From positions 67,096,464 through 67,160,463 of the forward strand of contig NC_043011.1 in the NCBI RefSeq assembly GCF_006345805.1: a DNA stretch of 64,000 nt, in the 5' to 3' direction. Of this stretch, positions 39,881 to 55,603 are shown piece after piece (position 1 is the stretch's first letter; each line of letters opens with the position of its first letter). The translations under genes were made by a program, and so were the position numbers. Below the pieces are notes generated by a model, which was not told where the DNA came from, did no database searches, and saw only the letters and a program-made list of their open reading frames with translations. Origin of the DNA: Octopus sinensis. Taxonomy: Eukaryota.

Positions 39881-40312
39881 GTGTGTGTGTATGTATGTGA
39901 GTATGTATATGTGTGTGTGTGTGTATATATGTATACATATGTGTATAGGTATAAGTGAGATTTTCCTTATTTACCTAAAACTCTATTCCTCTATATATTT
40001 TTTTATTCTCCCTTTTTTTATTCTTTTATTTATTCTTCTATCTAATTTACCACTGACTCCTTGACCACTCCCCCAAGTATGATTTTTTGCGCTATGCCTA
40101 CCCCCAAAAAGTCCCCCACCACCACCCCTTTAAACCTGCCTAAATGTATAAATGCCAATACAATTCTTGTTAACTAGCTTCCTGAAGATTTCTCTTGAAT
40201 GAAACAGTTCTAGTCCTGTAGAAGCTCCTTCTATATAATAAATTAATTTTACTCTGCTATGTATTGAGTACCTTATTTACTGTGGTTAACCCCGAATCAA
40301 CCCGGGACCTAC
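39571..40312. mobile_element. Non-coding PLE-type remnant with about 105-bp inverted repeats (39571-39675, 40132-40237), each carrying an HHR
   Basis: The inverted repeats are near-identical; the interior is microsatellite plus a pyrimidine-rich segment. Confidence 0.7.
40176..40226 (+). ncRNA. Type I hammerhead motif (identical twin at 39581-39631, minus)
   Basis: AGCTTC / CTGAAGA / tTTC-tctt-GAAt / GAA-ACAG-ttctagtc-CTGT-A / GAAGCT: 6-bp stem I, 4-bp stem III, weak stem II. Confidence 0.65.
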
Positions 40313-40317
40313 ATATA

Positions 40318-40387
<70 letters not shown>

Positions 40388-40398
40388 TATATATATAT

Positions 40399-40430
<32 letters not shown>

Positions 40431-40434
40431 GACA

Positions 40435-40841
40435 CAGGAGTGGGCCTGTGGCAAGTTGCTTGCATAGAAACCACTTGGTTCCGGGTTTCTCACTACATGG
40501 CACCTTGGGCAAGTTTCCTCTACTACAGCTTCGGGTCGACCAAAGCCTTGTGAGTGGATTTGGTAGACGAAAACTGAAAGAATCTTGTCGTATGTATATA
40601 TGTGTGTGTGTGTGAACGTGTGTGTATGTGTGTGTATGTTTGTGTGGCAGCGTTTGTCACCCCACCATCGCTTGAAAACCGACGTTGCTGTGTTTACAGC
40701 CCTGTAATTTAGCGGTTTGGCAAAAGAGACAGACAGAATAAGTACTAGGCTTACAAAGTATAAGTCCTACAGTCGATTTGTTCGACTAAAAGCGGTGCTC
40801 CATTATGGCCGCACTCAAATGACGGAAACAAATAAAAGAAT
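40435..40841 (+). mobile_element. tRNA-derived CORE-type SINE, full length, with central microsatellite
   Basis: ggcaccttgggcaag CORE-like motif; same family as 501-1524. Confidence 0.85.
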
Positions 40842-41809
40842 ATATATTATAATCTTTCAAATTCACCGTGCCAGCGCAGTTTCATTCGGCAGCAAATGAA
40901 AAAATGCCGAACTAATCTTCTGAAAATGCTAAAATCATATACGTAAAATATATAGGGTAACGACTTTTTTAGTAACTAAAAGCATTGTGTAAACTGGTCC
41001 ATTTTGATTTGGTTTTCTCGTTTTTGTTCATGTTAATAGCACATATATATATATATATATATATATAACATACGTCTGTATATACATACGTATATATATG
41101 TATATTAGAAGAAATGAGATAATCAGAAGATCGGATGGTTTATATTTACAGATATTTATTTATATATTTTCCATTTTTATATATATATATCATATCACTT
41201 AGATCATTAGCGCTTTCTCCCATTCTAGTGGGGTTTTCAAATGAAACTAAGCTCCTGACTGGGGAATTTTAATCATTTTATAGAGTTTCGTAGTGGTTGG
41301 GAGGAATATAAGACAGTACAAGAGGATGAGATGGATGAGGAGAAAGTGAGAGAGAAAACATGTGTGTATGTGTGTGTGTGTGTGTATTTGTATCTGAGGT
41401 GAGTGCTAAAGAGAAAGAGGGGAAGGGGGAGGTAAGAAGAAGGAAATAATTTTTTTGGTCTGCTGGACAGAATATTGACTCCAAGGGGGTTCTAAGAATT
41501 TCAGCTTTGACCACTTCACAGTGTCACTGAGTGTGTGGGGCGGGGAGGTAGGCCATAAATTATATTTCCTTTTATCATTGTGAGAATGGTCAAATGTTTT
41601 TTTGGGTTTAAGAATTCTTTCCACTTTTTATGATCGTTTTGTGGAGGTGTGTGTGTGTCTGTGTATGTGTGTCCGTGTGTGTTTGTGTGTGTGTGTGTGC
41701 GTGTACGTGTGTCTGTGTGTTTGGAGAAGGGAAGAGAGACAACAAAAGAAGAAAAAGAAAAAGAAAAATAAGGGAGGAAGGGGAAAAATTGTGTTGATAT
41801 TTATACCAC

Positions 41810-41857
<48 letters not shown>

Positions 41858-42229
41858 GCTTATACATGAAATATTTGAAAAAAAACCTTTTATCGGTTCA
41901 AAATGAACAACTAAATTAGACCATCTTGAAAATTGTATATCATAGAAAAGTTAAAATTAAAGTGACAATTAAAAAGTAAAGATTAAGTAAATTACAAAAA
42001 TAATATAATGTATATAACAGGCAATATATATATATACACACACATATATATACACATTATACATGCTTATACATGAAATATTAGAAAAAAACACCTTCTA
42101 TCGATTCAAAATGAACAATCAAATTACACCATCTTGAAAATTGTATATCATAGGAAGGTTAAAAATAAAAGGACAATTGGCAAGTAAAGATTAAGTAAAT
42201 TACAAAAATAATATAATGTATATAACAGG
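41858..42229. repeat. Diverged tandem duplication (about 165-bp units, period about 207 bp)
   Basis: gcttatacatgaaatatt...tgtatataacagg at 41858-42020 and 42065-42229, separated by a TA/CA tract. Confidence 0.85.
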
Positions 42230-42231
42230 TG

Positions 42232-42298
<67 letters not shown>

Positions 42299-42406
42299 AT
42301 ATATATGTACACATATATATACATATATACACACACATATTAAATGTTCTACTATATTATATTGTAAATCGAAAGATGTCTCCTTTAATATATGATGAGT
42401 AAAATT

Positions 42407-42814
42407 TCAGCCATTTAATTTGGGGGAGAACTTAGCTATGAAATATTTTTCCATATTCCTCCTGAAAGAGCTGTCGTTCTTCGGACATTTGTAGAAGGGA
42501 AAGATCTTAAATTTTCCTTCTCCACACGTAGCTAGGTGTGTACTTAGTGGTATTTTGCGTAGTTCTTCATGCCGAATATGTTGTCGGTGAATCCTGGCTC
42601 GCTGACTCAAAGAATTACCAGTTTCACCTACGTAATTCTCCTTGCACGTGGGGCAGGTTATGCAGTATATAACGTTCTGCGACTTGCAGTTCATACCTGC
42701 ATTTACTTTGAATACGTAACCACTTTTAAATCTCATCTCTCTGTTTCCCTCTATGTATTTGTAGGTGGGGGTTGCTGCAGATCCCACATCTACCATCTCC
42801 GCACTCTTTTGCAA

Positions 42815-42815
<1 letters not shown>
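42407..42815 (-). mobile_element. PLE (Neptune-like) 3' fragment: Cys-rich linker and GIY-YIG endonuclease
   Basis: CGDGRCGIC (frameshifted), then CKSQNVIYCITCPTCKENYVGETG.SL.QR...HR..I...LS.HL..C...F.IFPFY...R...EKYFI.KF.PKLN. Confidence 0.85.
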
Positions 42816-42848
<33 letters not shown>

Positions 42849-43566
42849 TATATACATACATATATATGTATATATATATGTATGCACAGGGCCAAATGTG
42901 CTTATATACATATATACAATTACGAAATTGCGTAATTGCCCTCTGGTTCATAACTAATGACGAATTAGAGAGCTCTGTTTTCCGTCCGCCTGTGTATTTA
43001 ATATGTTTTCCGTTGGTCTATACATTGAATATATGTTTTGTAACATATATGGTGGTGCTTTAACACATGGGGTGGGATTTGTTTTGTTGGATACGATAAT
43101 GACAAGAAAAATGATGATGAAGATGAGGAGGAGGAAGAGAAGGATATTGATGGACGACGACAATGACGATGACGTAACTGGCGATAACGATTCGACAGAG
43201 CAATACACAGGTGCTCTTCAATCAATCATAGCAGCATTGGCACACTGATTTCATAGCTGATCGATTATCATCAACAATCAAACTTACATAACACCAACCC
43301 AATTAAAAACAAAAAATGAGACAGATAAATCTCCTGGATATTTGTTTACTCGCAACTGATACGAAAGAATTTTCTAACAGACAGTATTCTGCCAGGGACG
43401 GTTTGAAGTAGTCTCTGAAATTTATTTGTGCGGTTACGCGGATACATAAAAATATGTGAGCGTGTGTGTAGGTATGTAGGTACGTATGATATATATGATA
43501 TGCATGTTTATGTATACATCTACATATGAATAATAAATAGATGTATGTATATATGTATATATATGC

Positions 43567-44770
<1,204 letters not shown>

Positions 44771-44937
44771 GCCTACACACACATTTATATACATACGTAC
44801 ATATATTTATATATATATATATATATACATACATGCCTACACACACATTTATGTACATACATATATATATCTATATGCTTAGTCAAATAGATAAGTAGAT
44901 AGATACATACACCCCTCACATACACACAGACACACAG

Positions 44938-44994
<57 letters not shown>

Positions 44995-46571
44995 GCTATC
45001 CTGTCTATCACTCAAAATGTGGTGATGTCTGCCTGATTTGGGGCACATTAGCTTACCAGTCCTGTCAACATTCGTTGACCGTCTACAAATATACTCACAC
45101 GCACGTACACACACGTTACCACACGCGAACTAATTATATACAAATTATTGGATTGCCTCTGTTCTCCTTGAATTCATCTGACCTTTGTATCATGCACGTC
45201 TGACGGGTTGACCACCCTACACGGTCATAAGTTCCTATTCATTTTCCCTTCGTACCGTACTCTCATATAACTATGAGTAGCTTTGACTCCACCACGGATT
45301 TTCGGATATTTCACATGTCACGTCATCGATTTTGTTTTACTTCAGCCGAGGAGTCTTGGGAGTCAGTTGTTTTCATGCTTTCTCAAAAATAGCTTTTAAC
45401 ACTCACGGTAAATCTTGTCGTTGCCACAGTTTTTCAGTTTTATGAGGAAATGGAATATGCTACACACATTGACAATGACCCTTTCTCACATTTATCGAAT
45501 CAATTCATGGTGAAATATATTTCTCTCCATGTTCACAATGTAGATGTGCCTGAGTTATTGTAAATTCCGTAAACGATTTGAAACGATGCGTTGCATTCTC
45601 GTAAATCGAAGTACAAAAGCAACAGGGGGACATAGAAAAAGTATGAAATAAATCTAAGAATTCTCTAGAAGTAATAACTAATAATGACTAATATTTCATT
45701 GTTTGACTTCTTGTTGGATGGGCTGTTAAATATTCCTTCTATGACATGAAATACTTTTCCCTATATTCAAACCATTATATATCCCTAAGGTGTTTTATAC
45801 TGCAAAACAGTTTCTCACTATATCGTTATTGCTATGTTCTACTGTTATATGCTATTATATAGCACAAACAATAAAGTCTCTACTCAACTTAATATTAATG
45901 ACGCTATTCGCAATTCTCTGACTGGGGAAACCATAATTCTCAGCTCTGAATCACCTATTTTAGTGATAAAAGTTATTGGAAATTATAATAGAAAGAGGTG
46001 AAAGTACAAACTATAAGGTAAGATAGTAAGAGTCGTACAAAGATTAGCGCCGAAAGATTTCGTAGTTCTCCCATTTATTTACATCTTTAATATTCTTGTC
46101 AGAAATTGTAGAGAAAAAATCAACTATTTATCAATACTTACGAAATTTATATTTACGAAAATTACGGTAAACACAATCGCTGCCAATGGTTCAATACGTG
46201 CTCGGATTTTTTAAACTCTATCCAGTGAGTAGACACAGTGTACAAAACATTAATATTGAATTCTACTAAATGTAATTCGAGAGATACTTGGTTATATTTT
46301 TTAACAAAATCTGCACAACCCAACAATATCATTGAATAACAAGTGTCTGTATAGGGGTATTTGTACCCAATATTCATGTCGTGTGTGCAGACAACGCAAC
46401 ACATCTAAATGAAGATATCCGCTCTTGGTAATTCAGGCATGTACTTTTTATGAAAGTATGTTCTATGGTATTTCCGAAGTGAAGATTCCAATTTAGGCAA
46501 ACAGAATATAAATAACAAAGATGTACAGGTGTCAGCTACGTATGGCATCTTTGTTACATGTGCATCTTTGT

Positions 46572-46672
<101 letters not shown>

Positions 46673-47189
46673 GTGGTATGTGTGTGTGTGTGTATGTATG
46701 TGTGTGTGTGTGTATTATGTATGTATATGTAAACATTGAAACCAATGGTAGAATTAATTCACAATTAATTCACAAACGAAGTATACACGCACAAACGCAC
46801 ACGCACACACACACACACACGCACATATATATATATATATTGCATAGATAGCAGATATAAATCACAGCATGCGTCTGTATATTGACTGATGCATTTACAC
46901 AATTCTCAACCGATTTTCACCAACTTTACACATACATTACTTATGTCCCAAAGTGGTCATGCACTATAACATTTTGCCCAGAGATCCTGTGTAAATGGAC
47001 AATCCGTGAAAAACGGTGATTAACAGGGGTCCTTTTCTAATTTGTTGTATGTACATAGTTTCTTGCGTTTATGATCTTCCGTACATTTTAATCTATATGG
47101 TGGTATATTGGTATTACAGAATGTTTTCAGTGGTTTCTACATGTTTTTATTTATGATTTATTTATATGTTGTATTAGTGTATTATTACT

Positions 47190-48107
47190 TGTTTAGGGAA
47201 TAAACTTAGATAAACGTAGATATGTTTCGACCAAAGATTGGTCCAGGCCATGTCTAACTTAATAGCACCACCTGATAGGATTATTCGAATCCTGTTTAAG
47301 TCAAGTTTTGTTTATGGTCCATTCAAGTAGTGAGTTTTTGTTGGGTGAGTTGTATCAAATTATGGGTGGCTTATCTGGTATTCTTTGAAGGAATCTATCC
47401 AGACTCCGTTTAAAGTTGATGGGATCCTCTTCCTCTTTGATCTCTTTCGGGACAATGTTAAATAGGGCAGGACCTATTAAGGCAAAGAAATTATGTTGCA
47501 GTGTACATGTATGCTGTGATCTTGAATTGGGCAGGGGACGTATGGCACGTGGTCCCAGTCTTGGATGAACCTTGAAGTTAATGTTCAGGTCGTTTGGGCA
47601 ACGTTGGCGGTATATTCTTCACATCGTACAAATGATGTACTGCTCACGGCGACACTGGAGAGAGTAGAGTTTCAAGGCTTTAAGGCGATCTCAATAATCG
47701 AGAGCAGCCATGCCTTCAATTCGTTTAGTGAGTGCCCTCTGGGGTGATTCAATCCTCGAGATGTTATGTCTTGTATGGGGAGACCACAGTGGGCAGCAGT
47801 AGTTGAGGCGTGGCCGTACAAAGGAGGGGAAAAGTGGTATGATGACACATTGTTCTCTGGACCGGAAAGTTCTTAAGATCCAGGAACTCATCCTACGAGC
47901 TATAACGACCTTCTTGTTGATGTGTGCACTCCAACTGAGATCGTCATCAACAATTACACCCAGGTCTCTGATATTGTTAGAGGCTGTGAGCGGTTCTCCC
48001 GAAGGAAGAGAGTATGGCTGTTTTAGTGAGGAATTTCTTCCAAAATGCATCAGCTCAAATTTTCCCTCGTTCAGTTGCATTTTGTTTCTGTCTGCCCATT
48101 GACTCAA
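47190..48107 (-). mobile_element. 3' fragment of a second CR1/L2-group LINE family
   Basis: ORF 47691-48107 (WADRNKMQLNEGKFELMHFG, IRDLGVIVDDDLSWSAHI, FVRPRLNYCCPLWSP, IESPQR..TKRI) continues out of frame to LDRFLQRIPDKP and a 3' UTR. Confidence 0.9.
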
Positions 48108-49105
48108 GGATTTTGTGTATTTATCTATTTAGAATGTCCAGCTATTATTATTTATTTACACGTTGCAATTGTGCATTATTATTTTGTTAGAAAATATAAT
48201 GTGAAAAGTTTTAGTCGATTTATATATTTCGACTGCCCACCTGCGACGGCGAGTAAATTGACAAGGAGCAATGTACGCGACGAATATCCTATACCAAACA
48301 ATCTTAATCTGCATATGTAAACTACATTAAACTTTGGCAAGCGTACCTTTAGCTATTCTGAGTTACTTGAAAGGGGGTGTTCCCTTCCTTCTCTTCCATT
48401 TGTTGATATCTTTGTTTAACTATTAATGCGTTCTTTCACTTTACGCATGCTTATTTACCCATTCATTATGATATTTCGAGCGCGACATCTTTTCACTGCG
48501 AACTGCTAAATATTTAAAGCAGTATTCGTGAAGCTAAGTCAAACTCTGCATTTCTTCATTATTCATTACCCGAAGTCGATTTCGGAGTGGTCGCACACTG
48601 CAAGCACGTAGCAAATAAATTGCTTAAACTCCACTAATTATTATATTGCCAATTTTTAACATACCAATCGTACTTCTCTCCGAAAAATAAATCCCTTTGC
48701 TGTTGAATAAAATAAACTCACTGAGAGGAAGTTTCGACGTCTCCCTTCAGTTTCTTTACACCATTTATGTGCCTGTTTCTTTACAAAAGCTTTCGCTTTC
48801 ATACAAAACAACTTTATTTTGAAGTCATTATCTTTAGTCTACTCCCAAAACACTTCAATATCTCTACTTTGCATCGTTTGCAAACTTATATGGTCTATGA
48901 TCATTAAAATGCAACGACCTCCACAATAACCAGCCTTCAATTTGGTTTTCCGTTCCTAGGATATCGGAAACATGGATTGCATTGCAAATCATAAACTTTC
49001 TCGGTAGTTTTAGCTATTTCGTGAAAGAAATACCAGCAAACCGACTTAAAACGTGGAAAAGACTGGTGCGTTTACTAGTATATATATAGATAGATAGATA
49101 GATAG

Positions 49106-49167
<62 letters not shown>

Positions 49168-49208
49168 TATGTACGTATAAGGATGAAAAGGAACACACGA
49201 GATGATAT

Positions 49209-50082
49209 ATATGAAAAAATAAGTCAAAATAGAAAATGCTAAAATAATTTTATAAAGTACATTTCAGTACCGGTTTCAGTCATTTTGAGACCTTTTCAAC
49301 TGTAACGATTAAATAATTAAATTTAGAAAAATTAAAAGAAAAGATTTTTTACAGGAATATTTGTATAGTGTTCAAATATAAGTGGCATTTTCCTTGTTTC
49401 TGCCTTTCTCTGTCTCTCTTGTTTACACTTGTGGGTTCGAGGTCGTTGTGAATTCTTGGTAGGGGAGAAGAAGAAGGATGATGAGGAGAAGGCGGGAAAA
49501 TTTTGGGAGTGCCTTGATTGTTGTATTTTGAATGGTCAGTGGCGGCTAGCAGTTCATGACAGTATTTCTATTGAAAGGTTTGTCTATAGAATTTGCGTAG
49601 GTGTTATACTAAAAAGCATTAGTGATAAAGTTAGGAAGTAGAAGGGGGAGGAGAAGATGAAGAAGAAGAAGAAGAAGAAGAGGAAGTAGAAGATGATGAT
49701 GATGATGATGATAATGATGATGATGATGAAGGGAAAGAAGAAGAAGAAAGAGGAGGGAGAATATGAGTGGAAGTAGTGAGGTGTTATGGGTTATAGCTGT
49801 GATTGGGGCTGATTTTTAATGGATTCTTAGGAATGTAATATTTGCGTGTGTATTTGTGTTATTCTAAAGCAGAGGTGTATATATCGTTTTCCGTAGACCC
49901 GTTCAGAAGGGGCTTATATTTTGTAATAAAGAGAGTTTCTTTACTTATTCGTTGGCTCGAGGTTGTATCGTCCCTGAATTGGTAGAGGGGGAAAATACTG
50001 AAGCCTGGTGTTTTGTTGTTGGCGCAAGTATCTATGTGTTGGCTGAATGTTATTTTTTCTGTTTTGGGGAATTTTTATCTGG
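49209..50082 (-). mobile_element. Second copy of the 43701-44722 PLE 3' fragment
   Basis: Colinear direct repeat, more 5'-truncated; again (GATA)n-adjacent at the 3' end and (TA)n at the 5' end. Confidence 0.85.
49265..49302 (-). ncRNA. Minimal hammerhead motif with U3-A8 core variant and palindromic ACCGGT stem III
   Basis: CAG / TTGAAAA / GGTC-tcaaaat-GACT / GAAAC-CG-GTA / CTG. Confidence 0.65.
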
Positions 50083-50113
50083 CTAAACTGGCAAAATGAC
50101 CATTCCGAAATAT

Positions 50114-50303
<190 letters not shown>

Positions 50304-50729
50304 ATATATATATATAACTTTCATCAAAATCATATTATGACTATTTAACTAACATTGGGCCTTTCATATTGCAATTACCGGAGGATTATAATCAAGATAT
50401 AGAAATTTATAATTCTTTTCACAGTTGTGCAAACAACAATGTTAACTCGTCATCCTCTTACTTAATTATAATCGACTTATACAAAGCAGTATTATTCATT
50501 AAAACCTCGTACATATGGTGATTTACATAATCTTTCCAGTATATTTTTATAAAGAAGAATAATTGATACACACATACAGTAGATAGATAGATAGATAATT
50601 AGGTGGAGACATAGATAGATAAATAGATACATACATACATACATGCACACATACATGGATAAATACGTAGGTAGGTAGATAGATATAGATAGATAGGAAG
50701 ATAGGTAGACATGTAGATAGATAGATAGA

Positions 50730-50763
<34 letters not shown>

Positions 50764-50764
50764 C

Positions 50765-50799
<35 letters not shown>

Positions 50800-51774
50800 A
50801 AGAGAGAATGAAATTTTAAGGATCCGATAGAATCCGGTAGTTAGATCGTAAAAGCATCCAGCCAGGAGTAGTGCACTAAGAACGCAATCTGATCTATAAG
50901 TACTTGCCAAAGCAATCACAGATTTGTCATTCCAGTTACACACATGTTCTCACATAATAACATGTGGTGTGTGGGGGGGGTGAGTTTGTGTGAGTATGTA
51001 TATAATTAATATAGAAAGCCGTGTGCAATGTTTTACCAAAACGGAAAGTATAATAGTCACTAAATATGACTAGGGTCTTAGAACACCGACATTGCTGGAA
51101 ATAAGAGCTAAGAATCTCTAAAGCTGTGGTGAAAACGCATAATTTTATCCATATGTACTGACAGGGACTGCAATCGCCCGAAAGCACCGGTCGAGAATTC
51201 CCTATGCAGTATTTCTTTTAATTCCATACCCTCATCAGTAGGGAGCGCTCGACTCGGCTGATTCCGGACTAAAGCATGAATGCGTGTATTTACTATCGAT
51301 TAGAACACTTTTATGTTACATTCAAACTTAATATGTTGAAAGGACATTGTGAATGTCCTTTGCGAAGCCAAAAAGAGAGTACGTAATAACTCTTTTATGA
51401 AGAAAGTCTCTCCTCTAAAATATTAACCATGAAAACTTATAACCGCTGAATAATTTGTTCATGTACATCACATGAGGATTTTATATATATATATATATAT
51501 ATATTTCTTTAATTAATTCATTTATTTTTGATCAACTTGTTTCATTATTTTACAGATATGGAAAAGCTCATTTCATGTATTTCTAAAAACAATTCTGGAG
51601 AGCTCGAACCAATATACGCAAGGGTTTACAATTTCTTCGTCTCCAGGGATGAATAGTAACACTCTTAGAAGCCTTAAGATTATTACTCGGAGCGGTTTTA
51701 ATCAGATTTCTAATGTAATAGTTTCGGGAATAGCGTCGGCTAGTCCCTTTTGTGTGTGTGTGTTTGTGTGTCTA

Positions 51775-51789
<15 letters not shown>

Positions 51790-51812
<23 letters not shown>

Positions 51813-53945
51813 GATATAGATATGTAGTATGGTATATAACACGACGCTGGTAATAGATTCGCAGCTGAACTGAAGGATGAAGTAATTTATCCTCTTTACT
51901 GTTGCAAATAGTTGGATTGCTTCAATCTGATTGCTTAATTTGTAGCTTCCGGCGAACGAGGAAGAAGGTGGAGAAATAATTTCGAATCTCACCGTTTTCG
52001 GTCTGTAGCTAAATCACTCATAAACTCGTTCATTTCAATCCAGTGTTAATTGGGTTTATATGAAAAATATTTTCAGAGTACAGATTAATGGGTTTTGTTA
52101 TTTTTGTCTTTTTGCTGTTGTTTTTTTTTTTTACATCTCTTCATACATATGTGAATGGTGTGCTATATAGGGGAAAAAAAGCGTTGTCGACACCTGCTTC
52201 TCATCCCTTTCACTCAAGGTTCCAAAGCTGACAGAGATTTTCTAACTCGCTACTTTGCTTGATGCAAGGTAAGTGGCTGATTGTTGCTTAGTTATTTATA
52301 TATTCAGAGCTGGATGATTCATTGGTATGTCTAGCGGACGGGTGTTCAACACTGAGAACGGGAACAAATAGCTGAAAATCGTGATGTCTTTTGACCCCGT
52401 CGTCTGCTGAGAGATGCAGAGGTTCACTTCCCTGCTTGCAAAACATGCCAGCTGCAGATTACCTGCTGGAGGAGGCTCATACCAGGGTTAAAAAGGGTAG
52501 CAACAACGATTAATACAGAACAGCCATATGAACGTGGGCATAAAAATGACTTATCCTCGCACACGCACACGCACACACACACATACACACACGCACAAAC
52601 ACACACACCACACACACCGCAGCTGCAAGTGCTAATACTTATAATCTCCGCCTATCGAGCCTAAAGGGATATCAGGAGAGAATGCGCGCCATATCGGGGC
52701 CTTTCTCTCGACGGCATAATACATGTATTTGGATATATGTATAAATATATATATGTATATATGTATGAATATATATAGATGTGTGTTTTATACTATAGCC
52801 TCTAACCTACCAAAGCCTTGTGAGTGGATTTGGTAGACGGGAAAATGGAAGAAGAACGCCGCATGTGTGTGTGTGTGGTGTGTGTAGATAGATATAGATA
52901 TGTAGTATGGTATATAACACGACGCTGGTAATAGATTCGCAGCTGAACTGAAGGATGAAGTAATTTATCCTCTTTACTGTTGCAAATAGTTGGATTGCTT
53001 CAATCTGATTGCTTAATTTGTAGCTTCCGGCGAACGAGGAAGAAGGTGGAGAAATAATTTCGAATCTCACCGTTTTCGGTCTGTAGCTAAATCACTCATA
53101 AACTCGTTCATTTCAATCCAGTGTTAATTGGGTTTATATGAAAAATATTTTCAGAGTACAGATTAATGGGTTTGTTATTTTTGTCTTTTTGCTGTTGTTT
53201 TTTTTTTTTTACATCTCTTCATACATATGTGAATGGTGTGCTATATAGGGGAAAAAAAGCGTTGTCGACACCTGCTTCTCATCCCTTTCACTCAAGGTTC
53301 CAAAGCTGACAGAGATTTTCTAACTCGCTACTTTGCTTGATGCAAGGTAAGTGGCTGATTGTTGCTTAGTTATTTATATATTCAGAGCTGGATGATTCAT
53401 TGGTATGTCTAGCGGACGGGTGTTCAACACTGAGAACGGGAACAAATAGCTGAAAATCGTGATGTCTTTTGACCCCGTCGTCTGCTGAGAGATGCAGAGG
53501 TTCACTTCCCTGCTTGCAAAACATGCCAGCTGCAGATTACCTGCTGGAGGAGGCTCATACCAGGGTTAAAAAGGGTAGCAACAACGATTAATACAGAACA
53601 GCCATATGAACGTGGGCATAAAAATGACTTATCCTCGCACACGCACACGCACACACACACATACACACACGCACAAACACACACACCACACACACCGCAG
53701 CTGCAAGTGCTAATACTTATAATCTCCGCCTATCGAGCCTAAAGGGATATCAGGAGAGAATGCGCGCCATATCGGGGCCTTTCTCTCGACGGCATAATAC
53801 ATGTATTTGGATATATGTATAAATATATATATGTATATATGTATGAATATATATAGATGTGTGTTTTATACTATAGCCTCTAACCTACCAAAGCCTTGTG
53901 AGTGGATTTGGTAGACGGGAAAATGGAAGAAGAACGCCGCATGTG
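51790..53945. repeat. Near-identical tandem duplication, period 1078 bp, with breakpoints in (TG)n tracts
   Basis: agatagatatagatatgtag at 51808 and 52886; identical peptides in ORF track (52424-52615 vs 53502-53693). Confidence 0.95.
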
Positions 53946-54195
53946 TGTGTGTGTGTGTGTGTGTGTTTGTATGTGTGTGTGTATCTGCATTTTGTGTGTA
54001 TTTGTCCTCCCACTATCACTTGACAACTGATGCTGGTGTGTTTACGTCTCCGTAACTTAGCGGTTCGGCTAAGAAAACGATATATTACTACCAGGCTTAC
54101 AAAGAATAAAACCTGGGGTCGATTTCTTCGACTAAAAACGGTGCTTCCGCTTCCCCACTGTCAAAGGTCTGAAACAATTTAAAGAATAAAAGAAT
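53871..54195 (+). mobile_element. CORE-type SINE lacking its head
   Basis: ctatagcctc...accaaagccttgtgagtggatttggtagacgg...taacttagcggttcggc...ctgaaacaa, homologous to 40435-40841. Confidence 0.75.
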
Positions 54196-54246
54196 ATATA
54201 TACGTATATGTATGTGCGCGTGCTGTATGTATATATATATATAAAT

Positions 54247-54320
<74 letters not shown>

Positions 54321-54329
54321 GGATAGATG

Positions 54330-54416
<87 letters not shown>

Positions 54417-54637
54417 GGATAGATAGATAGATAGATAGATGGATAGATAGATAGATTTGAATGTCTATGAGAAATACGTAATGCAATTTTGAAGTTTAAA
54501 GGTGGTTTTCTTTTAAAAGAAAAGTATTTCTTGCAAATTTTGATAAAATTCTTTATGAGGATGTTACTAACATTTTCGGAGAAGTTTCTATTCTGGGATG
54601 TGGCTGCTTTTGATTAACCTTTTGAAGCACAGGTGCC

Positions 54638-54737
<100 letters not shown>

Positions 54738-55327
54738 CATATATACACACATATATATATATATATACATATATACGTATATGAGTGTGTGTGTGTATAT
54801 ATATGCATATATATATACACATATATATATATATGTATCTATGTATATGAACACGCATGTACATGCCTGTATGTGTTTTTCTGTGTGAGTCTGTTTATTT
54901 GTACCATTCACACAAGAGAAAAATTAGTATTCAATACATGCATTTCCGGACAACAAAGTGAAGGAAAACATCTCAGAATAGTCCACTGAATATTTCACTG
55001 TATATCTACAATGTGGTTCTTTACGTATTAGATATTCAAATTCGGAATATGTCCATCTCCCTAAAGAGTTTATAAAAATAATACGTGTAAGTAATAATCG
55101 CAGGATTTACACTTACTTTCCTTTAGTTTCAATTACGAAATCATATTTTGCTGACATAGTGATGGGAAGATCACGCCCTATGACATTTGTGTAGGTTTTA
55201 CTTGACTTCATAAGAGAAACAAGAATTTACAACTATTCATTCCTTGTTCTATGAGTGGATGCCTAAACAGAATACATTAACTGCCTTTCGGTAAAAGTCT
55301 TTGGGTATGTATGTAAATATACATTTC

Positions 55328-55603
55328 ACTGGCATCTCGTCGGTTACGACGACGTATGTTCTCGTTAAATTAACGTGCAAGTGGCTGAGCACTCCACAGA
55401 CACGTGTACCGTTAACGTAGCTCTCAGGGAGATTCGGAGTGGGGCAGAATGTGACAAAGCTGGCTCTTTGAAATACAGGTCCCACTCATTTTTGCCTGAA
55501 AAGTGGCCTGGAGCAACGTGCAATACATTGTCTTGCCCAGTGACCCAACGCGTCGCCGGGAATTGAAATCATGACCTTACGATTGTGAGCCGAATACCCT
55601 AAG
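55328..55603 (-). mobile_element. SINE with CORE-like body and the same 3' tail as the 56900/57314 SINEs
   Basis: Shares gtcggttacgacga...gcactccacagacacgtgtacc.ttaacgtag...tttgaaatacagg with 57320-57495, but its head and body differ. Confidence 0.7.
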
